Assembly (NCBI GenBank): GCA_025210555.1
Contig: JAOARL010000033.1
Coordinates: forward strand, 27,720 to 91,719
Length of the DNA: 64,000 nucleotides
Direction: 5' to 3'
Origin: Clostridia bacterium
GTDB taxonomy: Bacteria; Bacillota; Clostridia; Lachnospirales; JAOARL01
Part shown: piece by piece, positions 20,105-30,445 of the stretch
How positions within the stretch are numbered: position 1 is the first letter of the stretch
How the letters are laid out: each line of letters begins with the position of its first letter
Program-made: the position numbers and the translations under genes
Notes under the pieces: generated by a model
Seen by the model: the letters and a program-made list of their open reading frames with translations, nothing else
Database searches by the model: none
Told to the model about the DNA's origin: nothing

Positions 20105-21214
20105 TTAATTTTTAAGTTTATATACAAATGCTAAAACCTCTGCGACTGCTTCATACATATCTGGCGGTATATCATCACCTATTTCACAAGATGCATACAA
20201 CCCTCTTGCTAGAGGTTTATTCTCAATTATTTCAATATCATTTTCTCTTGCAATATCTTTTATTCTTTTAGCCATATAATCTGCACCTTTCCCAACTACA
20301 ATAGGAGCAAGTGATGCAGAGTGATCATACTTTACAGCTACTGCAAAATGTGTCGGGTTGGTAATTACTACATCGGCTTTTGGTATATCTTGCATCATTC
20401 TTCTCATTGATGCTTCTCTCATCTTTTGTCTTATCTTACCCTTTATCTCAGGATTACCTTCTGTTTGCTTATATTCTTGTTTAACTTCATATTTGGTCAT
20501 CTTAAGATTTTCTTCATGTTCTCTTCTTTGAAAGAAGTAATCAATAGCAGCTACTGCTATAAAAAACATTCCAGTTTTCATACCCAGTCCAGTAACTGTT
20601 CTTCCAACTTCTTCAGCTATATCTATTGGAGTCATATTTATAAATTTATATATCTTTGTCTGCTCACTTTTTAACAGCACATATATAATAGTTGCAAGTA
20701 TTGATATTTTCATTATTATTTTAAAAAACTCTGTAAGCATTTTCTTTGAAAATGTCTTTTTAAAGCCCTCTATAGGATTCAATTTTGAAAACTTTGGTTT
20801 AAGCGGCTTAAGAGTTGGAAACCATCCTGTTTGAATAATATTTCCAACAATTGAAATTATTAGACTAGTTGCAAGTATTGGAAGTATTATTATAAGTATG
20901 TTACCAAAAAGCATTCCAAGCGCTTTCATTATATACGTATTATTATTAAGATTATCTACATTACCTATATTATTATATACAGTTCTAAAGACTTCATTCA
21001 TTTTATTTAACATGTATCCACCTGAGCTTTGAAGCATAAAAAACATTGCAATAAAAAGAAGAGCTGCACTAACCTCTTGGCTTTTTGCAACTTGACCCTC
21101 TTCTCTAGCTTCTCTTCGTTTCTTAGGCGTAGGCTTCTCAGTCTTTTCTCCACCTTGTCCATCTGCAAAGAGTTGTAGATTTAATTTAATTTTAAATTCA
21201 TATTCATAAATCAT
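20105..21214 (-). CDS. flhB: Flagellar export switch protein FlhB
   Basis: EKTEKPTPKK, EGNPEIK, autocleavage TNPTH. Confidence 0.97.
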   Translation of the reverse strand: MIYEYEFKIKLNLQLFADGQGGEKTEKPTPKKRREAREEGQVAKSQEVSAALLFIAMFFMLQSSGGYMLNKMNEVFRTVYNNIGNVDNLNNNTYIMKALGMLFGNILIIILPILATSLIISIVGNIIQTGWFPTLKPLKPKFSKLNPIEGFKKTFSKKMLTEFFKIIMKISILATIIYVLLKSEQTKIYKFINMTPIDIAEEVGRTVTGLGMKTGMFFIAVAAIDYFFQRREHEENLKMTKYEVKQEYKQTEGNPEIKGKIRQKMREASMRRMMQDIPKADVVITNPTHFAVAVKYDHSASLAPIVVGKGADYMAKRIKDIARENDIEIIENKPLARGLYASCEIGDDIPPDMYEAVAEVLAFVYKLKN

Positions 21215-21999
21215 GGGCTAACATCCTTTATAAATCTAAATACACTTTTTTGCATTTCTACTTCAATCATTCTATAACTCTGCGGAACCACTTGCATTAT
21301 AGCAAACAATATAAATAATCCTATTATTACTTTAAGCGGCATACCTACAACAAATATATTAAATTGAGGCGCTGTTTTTTGAAGTATTCCCATCGCTACA
21401 TTTACGACCATTATTACAGCCATAACTGGTGCAGCTACTTTTATAGCTATAATAAACATAGTTTGCATGAGCATGACTATATTCATTGCCGCATTTTGAG
21501 TCATTATCGATTCTCCAACTGGTATTACCCTATAGCTATATACAATTGTCCTAATGAGCATATGATGACCATTAGTTATAAGCATTGTCATAAGTATTAA
21601 AAAATAATATAAATTCTCTGTTATTGTAGCTTGTGACTCACTTAAAGGATCAAACATACTGGCCATTGTAAAACCAATATTAAAGTCAATTAAGTATCCT
21701 GCAAGTAATACAATAGAAAACAGAAGATATACTAAATATCCTATTATCATACCTATAAGAATTTCTTTAACTCCATAATACCCATATGCCATTATATTAA
21801 GTTCTCCAAATTTATCTGTTACAGGTATTGTAGACATAATTATCATGCTAATTATAAAAGAAGCTCCTATTTTGGCATATACCGGCATATTTCTACCACC
21901 AAATACAGGAACTGTAATAAAAAATCCTATTATTCTTAAAAAAACCATTATCAGCAGATCAACTTGGCTAAATACATTTATTAATAAGTATTCCATCAT
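21211..21999 (-). CDS. fliR: FliR
   Basis: Hydrophobic; PQFNIFVVGMPLK. Confidence 0.94.
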   Translation of the reverse strand: MMEYLLINVFSQVDLLIMVFLRIIGFFITVPVFGGRNMPVYAKIGASFIISMIIMSTIPVTDKFGELNIMAYGYYGVKEILIGMIIGYLVYLLFSIVLLAGYLIDFNIGFTMASMFDPLSESQATITENLYYFLILMTMLITNGHHMLIRTIVYSYRVIPVGESIMTQNAAMNIVMLMQTMFIIAIKVAAPVMAVIMVVNVAMGILQKTAPQFNIFVVGMPLKVIIGLFILFAIMQVVPQSYRMIEVEMQKSVFRFIKDVSP

Positions 22000-22002
22000 T
22001 AT

Positions 22003-22272
22003 CTACCTCAAATACACATTTATATTTGTCAATAAATTTGTTGTAAAATTTGATATTTTAGTAAGCATCCATGGACCAAAAATTATTAGCGCAAAGAATA
22101 CAGCAACAATTTTAGGCGCAAAGGCTAAAGTTGGTTCCTGTATTGATGTAGTCGCTTGAAATATACTAACAATAAGCCCTACTGTAAGAGCAAAAATAAG
22201 TGTTGGCATAGAAAGCTCTATTATCAGCCATATAGCTGAACTTGCAACATCTAAAAGTATACCCTGATCCAT
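22003..22272 (-). CDS. fliQ: FliQ
   Basis: FQATTSIQEPTLAFAPK. Confidence 0.96.
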   Translation of the reverse strand: MDQGILLDVASSAIWLIIELSMPTLIFALTVGLIVSIFQATTSIQEPTLAFAPKIVAVFFALIIFGPWMLTKISNFTTNLLTNINVYLR

Positions 22273-22286
22273 AAATCTTCTCCTAT

Positions 22287-23069
22287 CTATCTGAAACTAG
22301 CCACTATTTGGCCTATTATAAGGTTCCAACCATCTACTACTACAAATAAAAGTAGTTTGAACGGCATTGATATCATACTAGGTGGAAGCATCATCATCCC
22401 CATCGCCATAAGCGTTGATGCTACTACCATGTCTATTATTATAAACGGAATATATATTAAGAACCCTATCATAAATCCTTTTTTAAGTTCACTTATTACA
22501 AATGCTGGAATTACAACATTCATAGGGATACTTTCTATATTTCCTTTTTCTATTTCTTCTTTTGAAATTTCCACAAATAATTTAAGATCTTTTTCATACG
22601 TTTGTTTAAGCATAAAATCCTTAAGCGGTCTTTCAGCTCTAGTAAATGCTACTTCTTGACTTATTTGTCCATTTACATAAGGTTCAACTGCCGTTTCATT
22701 AATTGTTGTTATTGTCGGTGCCATTATGAAAAATGTTAAAAACAGCGAAAGTCCTATAATAACTTGATTAGGCGGTGTTTGTTGAGTTCCTAATGCTGAT
22801 CTTAAAAAATGCATTACTATTACTATTCTTGTAAATGATGTCATCATTATAAGAATCGATGGTGCTAAAGATATTATTGTTAATAAAAATAATATCTGAA
22901 CACTTGTAGCAACTTCCGCCGGATTATCTGTCTGTTCTATATTAAGTCCAATCTTTGGAATTGGTAATGTTTCAGCGTATCCTGATATATTAAGAACAAA
23001 AAATACTGCGATAACCGCCATTATTAAATACTTAAATTTATTTTTCACCATTATCACCTTCGTATCCAT
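22287..23069 (-). CDS. fliP: FliP
   Basis: TSFTRIVIV, QQTPPNQV, MMMLPP, PFKLLLFVVVDGW. Confidence 0.96.
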   Translation of the reverse strand: MDTKVIMVKNKFKYLIMAVIAVFFVLNISGYAETLPIPKIGLNIEQTDNPAEVATSVQILFLLTIISLAPSILIMMTSFTRIVIVMHFLRSALGTQQTPPNQVIIGLSLFLTFFIMAPTITTINETAVEPYVNGQISQEVAFTRAERPLKDFMLKQTYEKDLKLFVEISKEEIEKGNIESIPMNVVIPAFVISELKKGFMIGFLIYIPFIIIDMVVASTLMAMGMMMLPPSMISMPFKLLLFVVVDGWNLIIGQIVASFR

Positions 23070-23340
23070 TTTCCTTTAAATATTCATTAAATGTTTTGAC
23101 ATCACCATTGTCTACTTCTTTTATAAATCTAACATCATCTTTAGTTACAGCTATTATAAAATAACTATTACCTATTTTTACAAGCTGAAGAAACTTTCCC
23201 ACAGATACTGGCAAAGTTTCAATTAATTTCATATTATAGTTTTTAAATTTTTTATGTTGCAATTCACCTATATACTTACTAGCAAAATAAGCTCCATAAA
23301 GCACTGCTATAAATAATATTAGTAATAGCACTGTTTCCAT
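23038..23340 (-). CDS. fliO: FliO/FliZ
   Basis: N-terminal TM, IETLPVSVGKFLQLVKIG; upstream of fliP. Confidence 0.85.
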   Translation of the reverse strand: METVLLLILFIAVLYGAYFASKYIGELQHKKFKNYNMKLIETLPVSVGKFLQLVKIGNSYFIIAVTKDDVRFIKEVDNGDVKTFNEYLKENGYEGDNGEK

Positions 23341-23353
23341 TTTATTCCTCCAA

Positions 23354-23713
23354 TTAAGCTAAAGCTTTTTGAATCGCTTCTAAAACTCTATCCTGTTGGA
23401 AAGGTTTAACGATAAAATCTTTTGCTCCTGCTTGAATTGCCTCAATAACCATTGCTTGTTGCCCCATTGCAGAACACATTACAACAGTTGATCCTGCATT
23501 AATCTTTTTAATCTCTTTAACAGCTTGAATACCGTCAACCTCTGGCATTGTTATATCCATTGTTACTAAATCTGGTGTTAACTCTTTGTACATTTCAATT
23601 GCTTGTGCACCGTTTTCAGCCTCTCCTACTATTTCGTAACCTGCTTTAGATAAAATATCCTTAAGCATCATTCGCATAAATGCTGCGTCATCAACGATTA
23701 AAATTTTTGCCAT
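23354..23713 (-). CDS. cheY: Chemotaxis response regulator CheY
   Basis: MAKILIVDDAAFMR...MDITMP...SAMGQQ...FIVKPF; start reassigned to 23713. Confidence 0.95.
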   Translation of the reverse strand: MAKILIVDDAAFMRMMLKDILSKAGYEIVGEAENGAQAIEMYKELTPDLVTMDITMPEVDGIQAVKEIKKINAGSTVVMCSAMGQQAMVIEAIQAGAKDFIVKPFQQDRVLEAIQKALA

Positions 23714-23744
23714 TTTCCCATCAGCCTTTCTTTTTGTAATATTT

Positions 23745-24824
23745 TTATAGTCTGTTCTCTGGTTTTTCAATTTCAGTTATTCTGATCGCAAAGTTTTCGT
23801 CTACAACTACAACTTCCCCTTTTGCTATTTGCTTTCCATTAACTAAAATATCGATAGGTTCTCCAGAAACCTTATCTAACTCAATTATTGTTCCTATTCC
23901 AAAGTTTAGTATTTCCTTTATACTTTTCTTTGTTTTGCCTAGTTCTACTGTCACCTCTAAGTTAACATCTTTGATTATGTCTATACTACTCTTAGCTCCT
24001 GTTTGTGCTCCTTGAGCACCAAAACTTTCAAAAGCTATAGGCTTTGCACTAACATTTTGAACTGGCTTTTGCTCTTCCCGCACTTGGGGTTGAGCTGCAG
24101 CTGGCACCGCCATTTCTGGAACAGCTTCGTTAACTGTACTCTCTGGTGTTGCTGGTGCTTCTTGTTCTGCTGGTTGCATTGCAGCTACTAATTCTTTTGC
24201 AAAACTAATTGGTAGTATTTGCATTATTTCACTATCAATTAACTCTCCAACTTGCATCTTGAAGCAAACTTCAACTAACTCTTCAGTATCAAATTTTAAT
24301 ATTTCTTTTATATCACCATTTGCAAGATCCATTTTCTGTGCATTTGGTGGATTTATATCTATTTTTCTATCTAACATAGATGACATAGATGTACATGATG
24401 ATCCAATCATTTGATTCATAGCTTCTGATATAGCACTTAAGTGTAAATCTGTAAGCTCATCATCTAAATTGGTACCATCTCCACCTGTCATTAGATTAGC
24501 AATAATTTTAACATCATTTTCCTTTAGTACTAAAAAATTTGCTCCTTTAAGTCCATCTTTGTACTCAATAGCTATTGCTACGTATTTTTCATCTTTATAA
24601 TTTTCTGCTAAAGCATCTATTTTCATGTCTTTAACAACTGGAGTTGTTATAACAACTTTATTATTAAGTAATGATGATAATGTAGTAGCAGCTGTACCCA
24701 TACTAATATTACCAATTTCACCTAATACATCTTTATCGCTATCAGTTAATGCCGCTGCAGCTCCGTCTGAGCCACCGCCACCTAATAACGCATCTATTTC
24801 CTCTTGTGATAATAAATCAGCCAT
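23745..24824 (-). CDS. fliY: Flagellar switch phosphatase FliY (CheC-like + FliN domain)
   Basis: LSQEEIDALL, EIGN, EAMNQM, C-terminal GEVVVVDENFAIRI. Confidence 0.95.
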   Translation of the reverse strand: MADLLSQEEIDALLGGGGSDGAAAALTDSDKDVLGEIGNISMGTAATTLSSLLNNKVVITTPVVKDMKIDALAENYKDEKYVAIAIEYKDGLKGANFLVLKENDVKIIANLMTGGDGTNLDDELTDLHLSAISEAMNQMIGSSCTSMSSMLDRKIDINPPNAQKMDLANGDIKEILKFDTEELVEVCFKMQVGELIDSEIMQILPISFAKELVAAMQPAEQEAPATPESTVNEAVPEMAVPAAAQPQVREEQKPVQNVSAKPIAFESFGAQGAQTGAKSSIDIIKDVNLEVTVELGKTKKSIKEILNFGIGTIIELDKVSGEPIDILVNGKQIAKGEVVVVDENFAIRITEIEKPENRL

Positions 24825-24826
24825 TT

Positions 24827-25819
24827 CTATTCATCCCCTTCCACTATAGAAGTTATTTTTACTGCACTTAATTTTTTATGTTTACCAGGTTTTGCATAGA
24901 ATTTGACTTCATCTTCTACCATAACCTCTAAATTATCTTCAACTTTAGATTTTAATTTTATTACATCCCCCACTTGAAGTTCCGTAAATTCTGAAACTGT
25001 TATGGATGTTCTACCTAATATTGCTTTCATAGCCACATCTGCTGTTTCTAATTGTTTTCCAAGTGAAACTTGGAAACTTTCGTTTCTATCATCTTTACTC
25101 TGTTCATTCATTATAAACCAATATTTTGTACTAAGCTTATCAAGTGCTGGTTCAATAGTACTGTATGGTATACAAATATTCATCATACCTTCAGTATCTC
25201 CAACCTTAATATTTAATGTTACTAATGCAACCATTTCACTTGGAGATATAACTTGAGCAAACTGTGAATTTGTTTCTATTTTCTCAAGTTTAGGATCTAT
25301 CTCTGTAACTGTTTCAAATGGTTCTTTAAGCATCCTTAAAAATTGATGTATAACTCTTGATATTAAAGATTTCTCTACTTCTGTAAATTCTCTTATTGTA
25401 GGGTTATCTGTTCCAGGTCCCCCAAGAACTCTTTCTACAATAGCATATCCTATATTAGGTGATAATTCAAGTATTATAGAGCCCTTAAGTGGTCTAAAAT
25501 CTACTATACCTAGTATTACAGGATTAGAAAGCGAGTTACTAAATTCATAATATGTTATAGCCTCTGAATTAAGTACATTTACTGTAACATTCGTTCTTAA
25601 ATTACCTGATAAATACGTCGTAATAACTCTTGAATAATTTTCAAAAATATTTTCAAGAGTCTTAAGTTGATCCTTTGCAAATTTTGACGGTCTAGCAAAA
25701 TCATAGTCTTTAACTTTTTTACCAGATAAGTCATCACTCATATCATCAACGTCTAATTCACCTTCATTCAATGCTTTCAGTAAATCATCTATTTCATTTT
25801 GACTTAATATATCTCCCAT
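24827..25819 (-). CDS. fliM: FliM
   Basis: LSQNEIDDLL, YDFARPSKF. Confidence 0.96.
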   Translation of the reverse strand: MGDILSQNEIDDLLKALNEGELDVDDMSDDLSGKKVKDYDFARPSKFAKDQLKTLENIFENYSRVITTYLSGNLRTNVTVNVLNSEAITYYEFSNSLSNPVILGIVDFRPLKGSIILELSPNIGYAIVERVLGGPGTDNPTIREFTEVEKSLISRVIHQFLRMLKEPFETVTEIDPKLEKIETNSQFAQVISPSEMVALVTLNIKVGDTEGMMNICIPYSTIEPALDKLSTKYWFIMNEQSKDDRNESFQVSLGKQLETADVAMKAILGRTSITVSEFTELQVGDVIKLKSKVEDNLEVMVEDEVKFYAKPGKHKKLSAVKITSIVEGDE

Positions 25820-25830
25820 TAACTCACCAC

Positions 25831-26367
25831 CTATTGTGTTACAAATTGAGTAAAGTAAACCTCTGCTATTGAGCTTGTTTCAAACTTCTCATTTAAAGCG
25901 TTTCTTATCTCTTCTTTAAGTAAATCTTTTGCTCCTACAATTTGAAGCTCATCATATGTTTTTTTAGATGCAACATCTAAAAGTGTATCTGTAATTATTT
26001 GAGGTTTCTCTGTAAGTATTGTAACCATTGTATCATAATCTGAAGCTGTTTTATTTAATCCTAAATTTATTTCTGCTTTTATTATATGACTAGATACATC
26101 TATTTCAGATAATGTTAAAGTAGTTGTAATTGTCCCAACTGGCTTTATATCAAGTTCGTTGAAACTTGGCTTTTCAACAACTTCAACTTCTACCTCTTCT
26201 CCATTTTCATTTATAACTTTCTCTGTAGCTTTTTCTTCTTCTTTAAGTTCACTTATTGCTTCTTTAAAATCATTTCCCATGCTTGATACCTTTGATAGTG
26301 TAAACATTGAAACACCTAATACTATAACTAAAACAACGCTTATAGCTATCATTACTTTCTTATCCAT
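25831..26367 (-). CDS. fliL: FliL
   Basis: N-terminal TM; C-terminal EVYFTQFVTQ. Confidence 0.9.
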   Translation of the reverse strand: MDKKVMIAISVVLVIVLGVSMFTLSKVSSMGNDFKEAISELKEEEKATEKVINENGEEVEVEVVEKPSFNELDIKPVGTITTTLTLSEIDVSSHIIKAEINLGLNKTASDYDTMVTILTEKPQIITDTLLDVASKKTYDELQIVGAKDLLKEEIRNALNEKFETSSIAEVYFTQFVTQ

Positions 26368-26377
26368 ATAATCCCCC

Positions 26378-27148
26378 TTATTTTGTTTGATCTATTGCAT
26401 ATTTACTTATAATTTTTATTTCAACACGTCTGTTTTTAGCCCTTCCATCTACCGTAGCATTTGTAGCTATTGGTCTATATTCTCCAAAACCTTCTGCTGA
26501 AAATCTAGAAGGATCCATTTTTTTCGCATTTATAAAATATCTTGCTACTTCTATTGCTCTTATTGATGAAAGTTCCCAGTTACTTGGAAATTTTGACGTA
26601 TGTATTGGTCTATTATCAGTATGACCTTCTATTTTAATCATATTTTCATTATTTTTTATTAATTCTTCTGCCACTCCAAATAGTATCTTTTTAGCATCAG
26701 ATTTAACGTCTGCTTTACCAGAATCAAACAAAACATTATCGACAAAACTTAGTTTAACATAATTCTCATCTAAGTCAATTTTCACTTTGCTTAACATTTT
26801 TCTTTTTCTTAAATTTTCTTCTATTTCTTTTTTTAACGTCTCAAGTTCTTCTTTTTTTTGCTTCTTTATATATTCAGGCGTCTTATTTACAAAATCAGAC
26901 AAGTTTTCAAGTTGATTAATTCCTCCACCAACTTGAATCCCTGAAGGTATCATTGAAGCTCCTCCACTAAGTACTGATGCCGAACCATCAAATGAAGCTA
27001 TTACAGCTTTAAACTTAGCAACATCAACTGATGACATAGAAAAAAGCAATATGAAAAACGTTAAAAGAAGTGTAACCATATCACCGTAAGTACTCATCCA
27101 TTCCGGTGAACCTTTTTTAGCTTCTTCGGCCTTCTTTTTAGCTGCCAT
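26378..27148 (-). CDS. motB: Stator B subunit (MotB/MotS-like)
   Basis: WMSTYGDMVTLLLTFFILL; OmpA domain EGHTDN, NWELS, NRRVEI. Confidence 0.95.
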   Translation of the reverse strand: MAAKKKAEEAKKGSPEWMSTYGDMVTLLLTFFILLFSMSSVDVAKFKAVIASFDGSASVLSGGASMIPSGIQVGGGINQLENLSDFVNKTPEYIKKQKKEELETLKKEIEENLRKRKMLSKVKIDLDENYVKLSFVDNVLFDSGKADVKSDAKKILFGVAEELIKNNENMIKIEGHTDNRPIHTSKFPSNWELSSIRAIEVARYFINAKKMDPSRFSAEGFGEYRPIATNATVDGRAKNRRVEIKIISKYAIDQTK

Positions 27149-27161
27149 TTTCTACCCCCTC

Positions 27162-27959
27162 TTATGCTTCAGCTGTTTCTGCTGCTCCATCTTTTTCATT
27201 TCCCTGAGCTTTTCTAAGCGCTGGCGCTAAGAATGCCTTTAATTTTTCTTCTATTATTCTTGGGTTTTCTCCAGCTTGTATTGATAAAAGCCCTTCTATC
27301 ATTACATCTTTAACTAAAACCTCTTCATTACTTCTTATTTTAAGTTTATTTGCTATTGGTGTTGCAATAAAGTTTGCAAGCATTGATCCATACATCGTAG
27401 TTATAAGCGCAACTGACATACTCGGTCCAATCGCACTAGGATCATCAAGTTTCTTAAGCATGTTTATAAGTCCAATAAGCGTTCCTATCATTCCCCATGC
27501 TGGCCCTAAACTCGCTACTGTTTCCCAGAAAGTTTGAGCTTCTTTATGTCTTTCGTCTAAGAAAGACAACTCTGTTTCAAGTATATTTCTAACAAGTTCT
27601 GGATCCGTACCATCAACAATTAACAGTACTCCTTTTTTAAGAAAATCATCATCTATATCTTTAGCCGCTTCTTCAAGTGCTAAAAGACCTTCTTTTCTTG
27701 CTGTATTAGCAAGCGTAATTATTTTTTGTATTATTATCTCAGGGTGAAGTTCTTTCACCGAGAATATATGCTTAGCACTTTTAAACGATCCAATAAATGC
27801 TTGTATTGGGTACGATATAAGTGTAGCTGAAAATGTCCCCCCAATTGTTATATACACTGATGACATATCTATAAACGTTCCTAACTCCCCATTTGCCGTT
27901 ATTGACGACACTATAAATGCAATTCCTGCTATAAATCCAATAATTGATGCTATATCCAC
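27162..27959 (-). CDS. motA: Stator A subunit (MotA/MotP-like)
   Basis: ARKEGLLALE, PAWGMIGTLIGL, ALITTMYG. Confidence 0.95.
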   Translation of the reverse strand: MDIASIIGFIAGIAFIVSSITANGELGTFIDMSSVYITIGGTFSATLISYPIQAFIGSFKSAKHIFSVKELHPEIIIQKIITLANTARKEGLLALEEAAKDIDDDFLKKGVLLIVDGTDPELVRNILETELSFLDERHKEAQTFWETVASLGPAWGMIGTLIGLINMLKKLDDPSAIGPSMSVALITTMYGSMLANFIATPIANKLKIRSNEEVLVKDVMIEGLLSIQAGENPRIIEEKLKAFLAPALRKAQGNEKDGAAETAEA

Positions 27960-27972
27960 TTAGTTCACCTCA

Positions 27973-28158
27973 TTAAATACTAGTTATTTTTCTTTTATAT
28001 TTTATCACTAAATCTACCACTTCTTCAACCATTTCTTTAACTATTATTTTCTTTCCTGTAGTAGTTGTGATTATTGTATTTGGTGTTGCCTCTATTGTTT
28101 CAACTAGCTCTGCATTTATAATAAGTGTTTTATCATTTAATCTTGTTACTTCTATCAT
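27973..28158 (-). CDS. flbD: FlbD (SwrD) family protein
   Basis: MIEVTRLN...INAELVETIEATPNT. Confidence 0.9.
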   Translation of the reverse strand: MIEVTRLNDKTLIINAELVETIEATPNTIITTTTGKKIIVKEMVEEVVDLVIKYKRKITSI

Positions 28159-28172
28159 AATAAGCCTCCTTT

Positions 28173-28201
28173 AAAAAATTAACCCACTTTTTCAAGTGGG
28201 T
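28173..28201 (-). terminator. Terminator/attenuator-like hairpin between flgE and flbD
   Basis: ACCCACTT-N4-AAGTGGGT followed by TAATTTTTT. Confidence 0.6.
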
Positions 28202-28215
28202 CTAATGTTTAAGCA

Positions 28216-29544
28216 TTATCTTTTTAAGTTTACTAACTCTTGTAAGATTTCATCTGATGCTGTTATTATTCTTGAATTCGCTTGGAATCCTCTTTGTGTT
28301 GTAATCATTTCTGTAAATTCTTTTGAAAGGTCTACGTTTGACATCTCAAGTACCCCTGAGTTAATTCCTGAACCACCAGTTCCTGGCTCAACTCCAACCC
28401 CATTAAATGCTCCTGAGTTTGCTGTTTCAATAAACATGTTATTTCCTACTTTAGCTAAACCTGCCGGGTTTTTAAATTGTGCTAAAGAAATTTGTCCTAA
28501 TAGTTTTGATTGTCCATTACTATATCTACCTGTAATTTTACCATCTCCACCAACACTAAATCCTGTAATTGATCCTGATTTTCTACCATCTACCGTAGTA
28601 GCATTAGTACTTGTCTTCTTTTGATATTGTGTAACATTATCAAAGTTGATGTTAATACTATCTGAATCCCCTACTGTTGATTTAACTCCTTGGAATGGTA
28701 AAACTCCACTAAAGTCCATATCATAAGATGTAGTTCCTGTTACAGCTCCTGTAGCATCGAACTCTAATTCCATTTCTGTACCAAATGTCATTGGAGCAAC
28801 TGCTGCACCTCCACTAGCTATTACATCTTCACCTTTTTCATCTTTAAGTGTATCTAATCCTTTTATTTTCCATTTACTATCAGTTGTATCAAATCTCGCT
28901 GTCATTTGTCCTGTATATTTATATCCTAAACTATCATAAAAACTTACTATAATTGGAATTCCACCTGTACCTGCAGCGTAATCTCCACCATCTTTTAAGT
29001 CCCAGTTACCTTCAATTGCAAGCTTCGTAGTCTTCTCAGGCTCTACTTGAGCATATTCAGGTTTTAATATTGCAAGCGGCTTAACCGGTGCTTTTATTAT
29101 ATCAGTATTATCTGAGTTCGCTTCCCATCCACAAACCTTAAGTCCACTAGATGTAACTAAGTTACCGGCAGAATCAATTCTAAATGCTCCTGCTCTAGTA
29201 TATTTTAATCCTGATTCATCTTGAACAACGAAGAATCCGTCTCCTTCAATTTTAAGGTCAAGTGGATTATCAGTTCTTTTAGCGGCACCTTCTGCCATAT
29301 TAATATCAATACTTGATAAGTTAACCCCTAGTCCAACTTGTTGAGGGTTAGATCCCCCTTTTCCACCTTCGTATGAAGATGGCCCTGTAGCACCTTTAAC
29401 AGTCTGGCTAAATACCTCTGAAAAAGTTACTGTACTTCCTTTATATGCTGTTGTATTTACGTTTGCAATGTTATTACCAATAACGTCCATCTTAGCTTGG
29501 TGAACGTTTAACCCTGATACCCCAGAGTACATTGATCTCATCAT
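28216..29544 (-). CDS. flgE: Flagellar hook protein FlgE
   Basis: MMRSMYSGVSGL, GNNIANVNT, LEMSNVDL, QRGFQANS. Confidence 0.95.
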   Translation of the reverse strand: MMRSMYSGVSGLNVHQAKMDVIGNNIANVNTTAYKGSTVTFSEVFSQTVKGATGPSSYEGGKGGSNPQQVGLGVNLSSIDINMAEGAAKRTDNPLDLKIEGDGFFVVQDESGLKYTRAGAFRIDSAGNLVTSSGLKVCGWEANSDNTDIIKAPVKPLAILKPEYAQVEPEKTTKLAIEGNWDLKDGGDYAAGTGGIPIIVSFYDSLGYKYTGQMTARFDTTDSKWKIKGLDTLKDEKGEDVIASGGAAVAPMTFGTEMELEFDATGAVTGTTSYDMDFSGVLPFQGVKSTVGDSDSININFDNVTQYQKKTSTNATTVDGRKSGSITGFSVGGDGKITGRYSNGQSKLLGQISLAQFKNPAGLAKVGNNMFIETANSGAFNGVGVEPGTGGSGINSGVLEMSNVDLSKEFTEMITTQRGFQANSRIITASDEILQELVNLKR

Positions 29545-29586
29545 AATTAATTTCCTCCTAAAACCTGATTAATTTTCTTACTTAAT

Positions 29587-29613
29587 ATTTCGGTAATTTT
29601 TCCTATATACTTA
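29587..29613 (-). promoter_or_regulatory. Putative sigmaD promoter upstream of flgE
   Basis: TAAG-N15-ACCGAAAT vs consensus TAAA-N15/16-GCCGATAT. Confidence 0.55.
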
Positions 29614-29638
29614 ACACTTTTTATGATATTTTTTATAT

Positions 29639-30430
29639 TTATTCTGATTCTACTTTATCTTCTGTTTCTTTTTCCTCATTATTTTCCTCATTACCACCCT
29701 CACTTGTTTCTTCAGCAGTAATTTTATTTCTAATAGCTTGTATATTTTGAGCATTAAGAACATCTATAGATTCTTCAAGTTTATTATGATATCCCTTAAC
29801 TATATCAATAGAAACATGATTAACTAATTCATTTTCATCCTTAACAATTAAATAAACTTTATTATCTTTAATATTAATCTCTTCTGCTACTCCTGCAAGC
29901 TCTTCTGTATCTCCAGTATCACTATCGTATTTATCCCATTTAATAGTTTTACCAAGCATTCCAGAAGCACTCATTACATCCTTGATAAGTTCATCTCTTC
30001 TACTTGATGAATCATCAACTATAGAAACTTTTTCTATTGGAACATCTTTTCCTTCTACACTAAGGAATACATTCCCACTTTTGATTTTGACACCATCAAC
30101 TACTCCTATTACTTGTCTAGTTTCTTTTGTTATATCATCCATATAAGTAGCTGAGACATTTTTACCTATTAAATCATACCCTTGCGTTATACTTGCTGTT
30201 TTACTCAAGTTTTCCATCTGCTCTAGCGAAGTAAATTGCGCCATTTGAGCTAAGAATTCTTTATCTTCAGTTGGATTCATTGGATCCTGATACTTCATTT
30301 GAGTAACAAGTAAATTTAGAAATGCATTTTTATCTAGGTTATCCCCTGACTTAGCTGGAGCACCTTTTGCATTATCATATTTAATTGTTGGATCCAATCC
30401 ATCATATGCATTAGTAACTGCATCTGCCAT
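29639..30430 (-). CDS. flgD: Hook capping protein FlgD
   Basis: FLNLLVTQMKYQDPMNP, AQMAQFTSLEQM. Confidence 0.95.
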   Translation of the reverse strand: MADAVTNAYDGLDPTIKYDNAKGAPAKSGDNLDKNAFLNLLVTQMKYQDPMNPTEDKEFLAQMAQFTSLEQMENLSKTASITQGYDLIGKNVSATYMDDITKETRQVIGVVDGVKIKSGNVFLSVEGKDVPIEKVSIVDDSSSRRDELIKDVMSASGMLGKTIKWDKYDSDTGDTEELAGVAEEINIKDNKVYLIVKDENELVNHVSIDIVKGYHNKLEESIDVLNAQNIQAIRNKITAEETSEGGNEENNEEKETEDKVESE

Positions 30431-30445
30431 TTTAATTCCTCCTCA

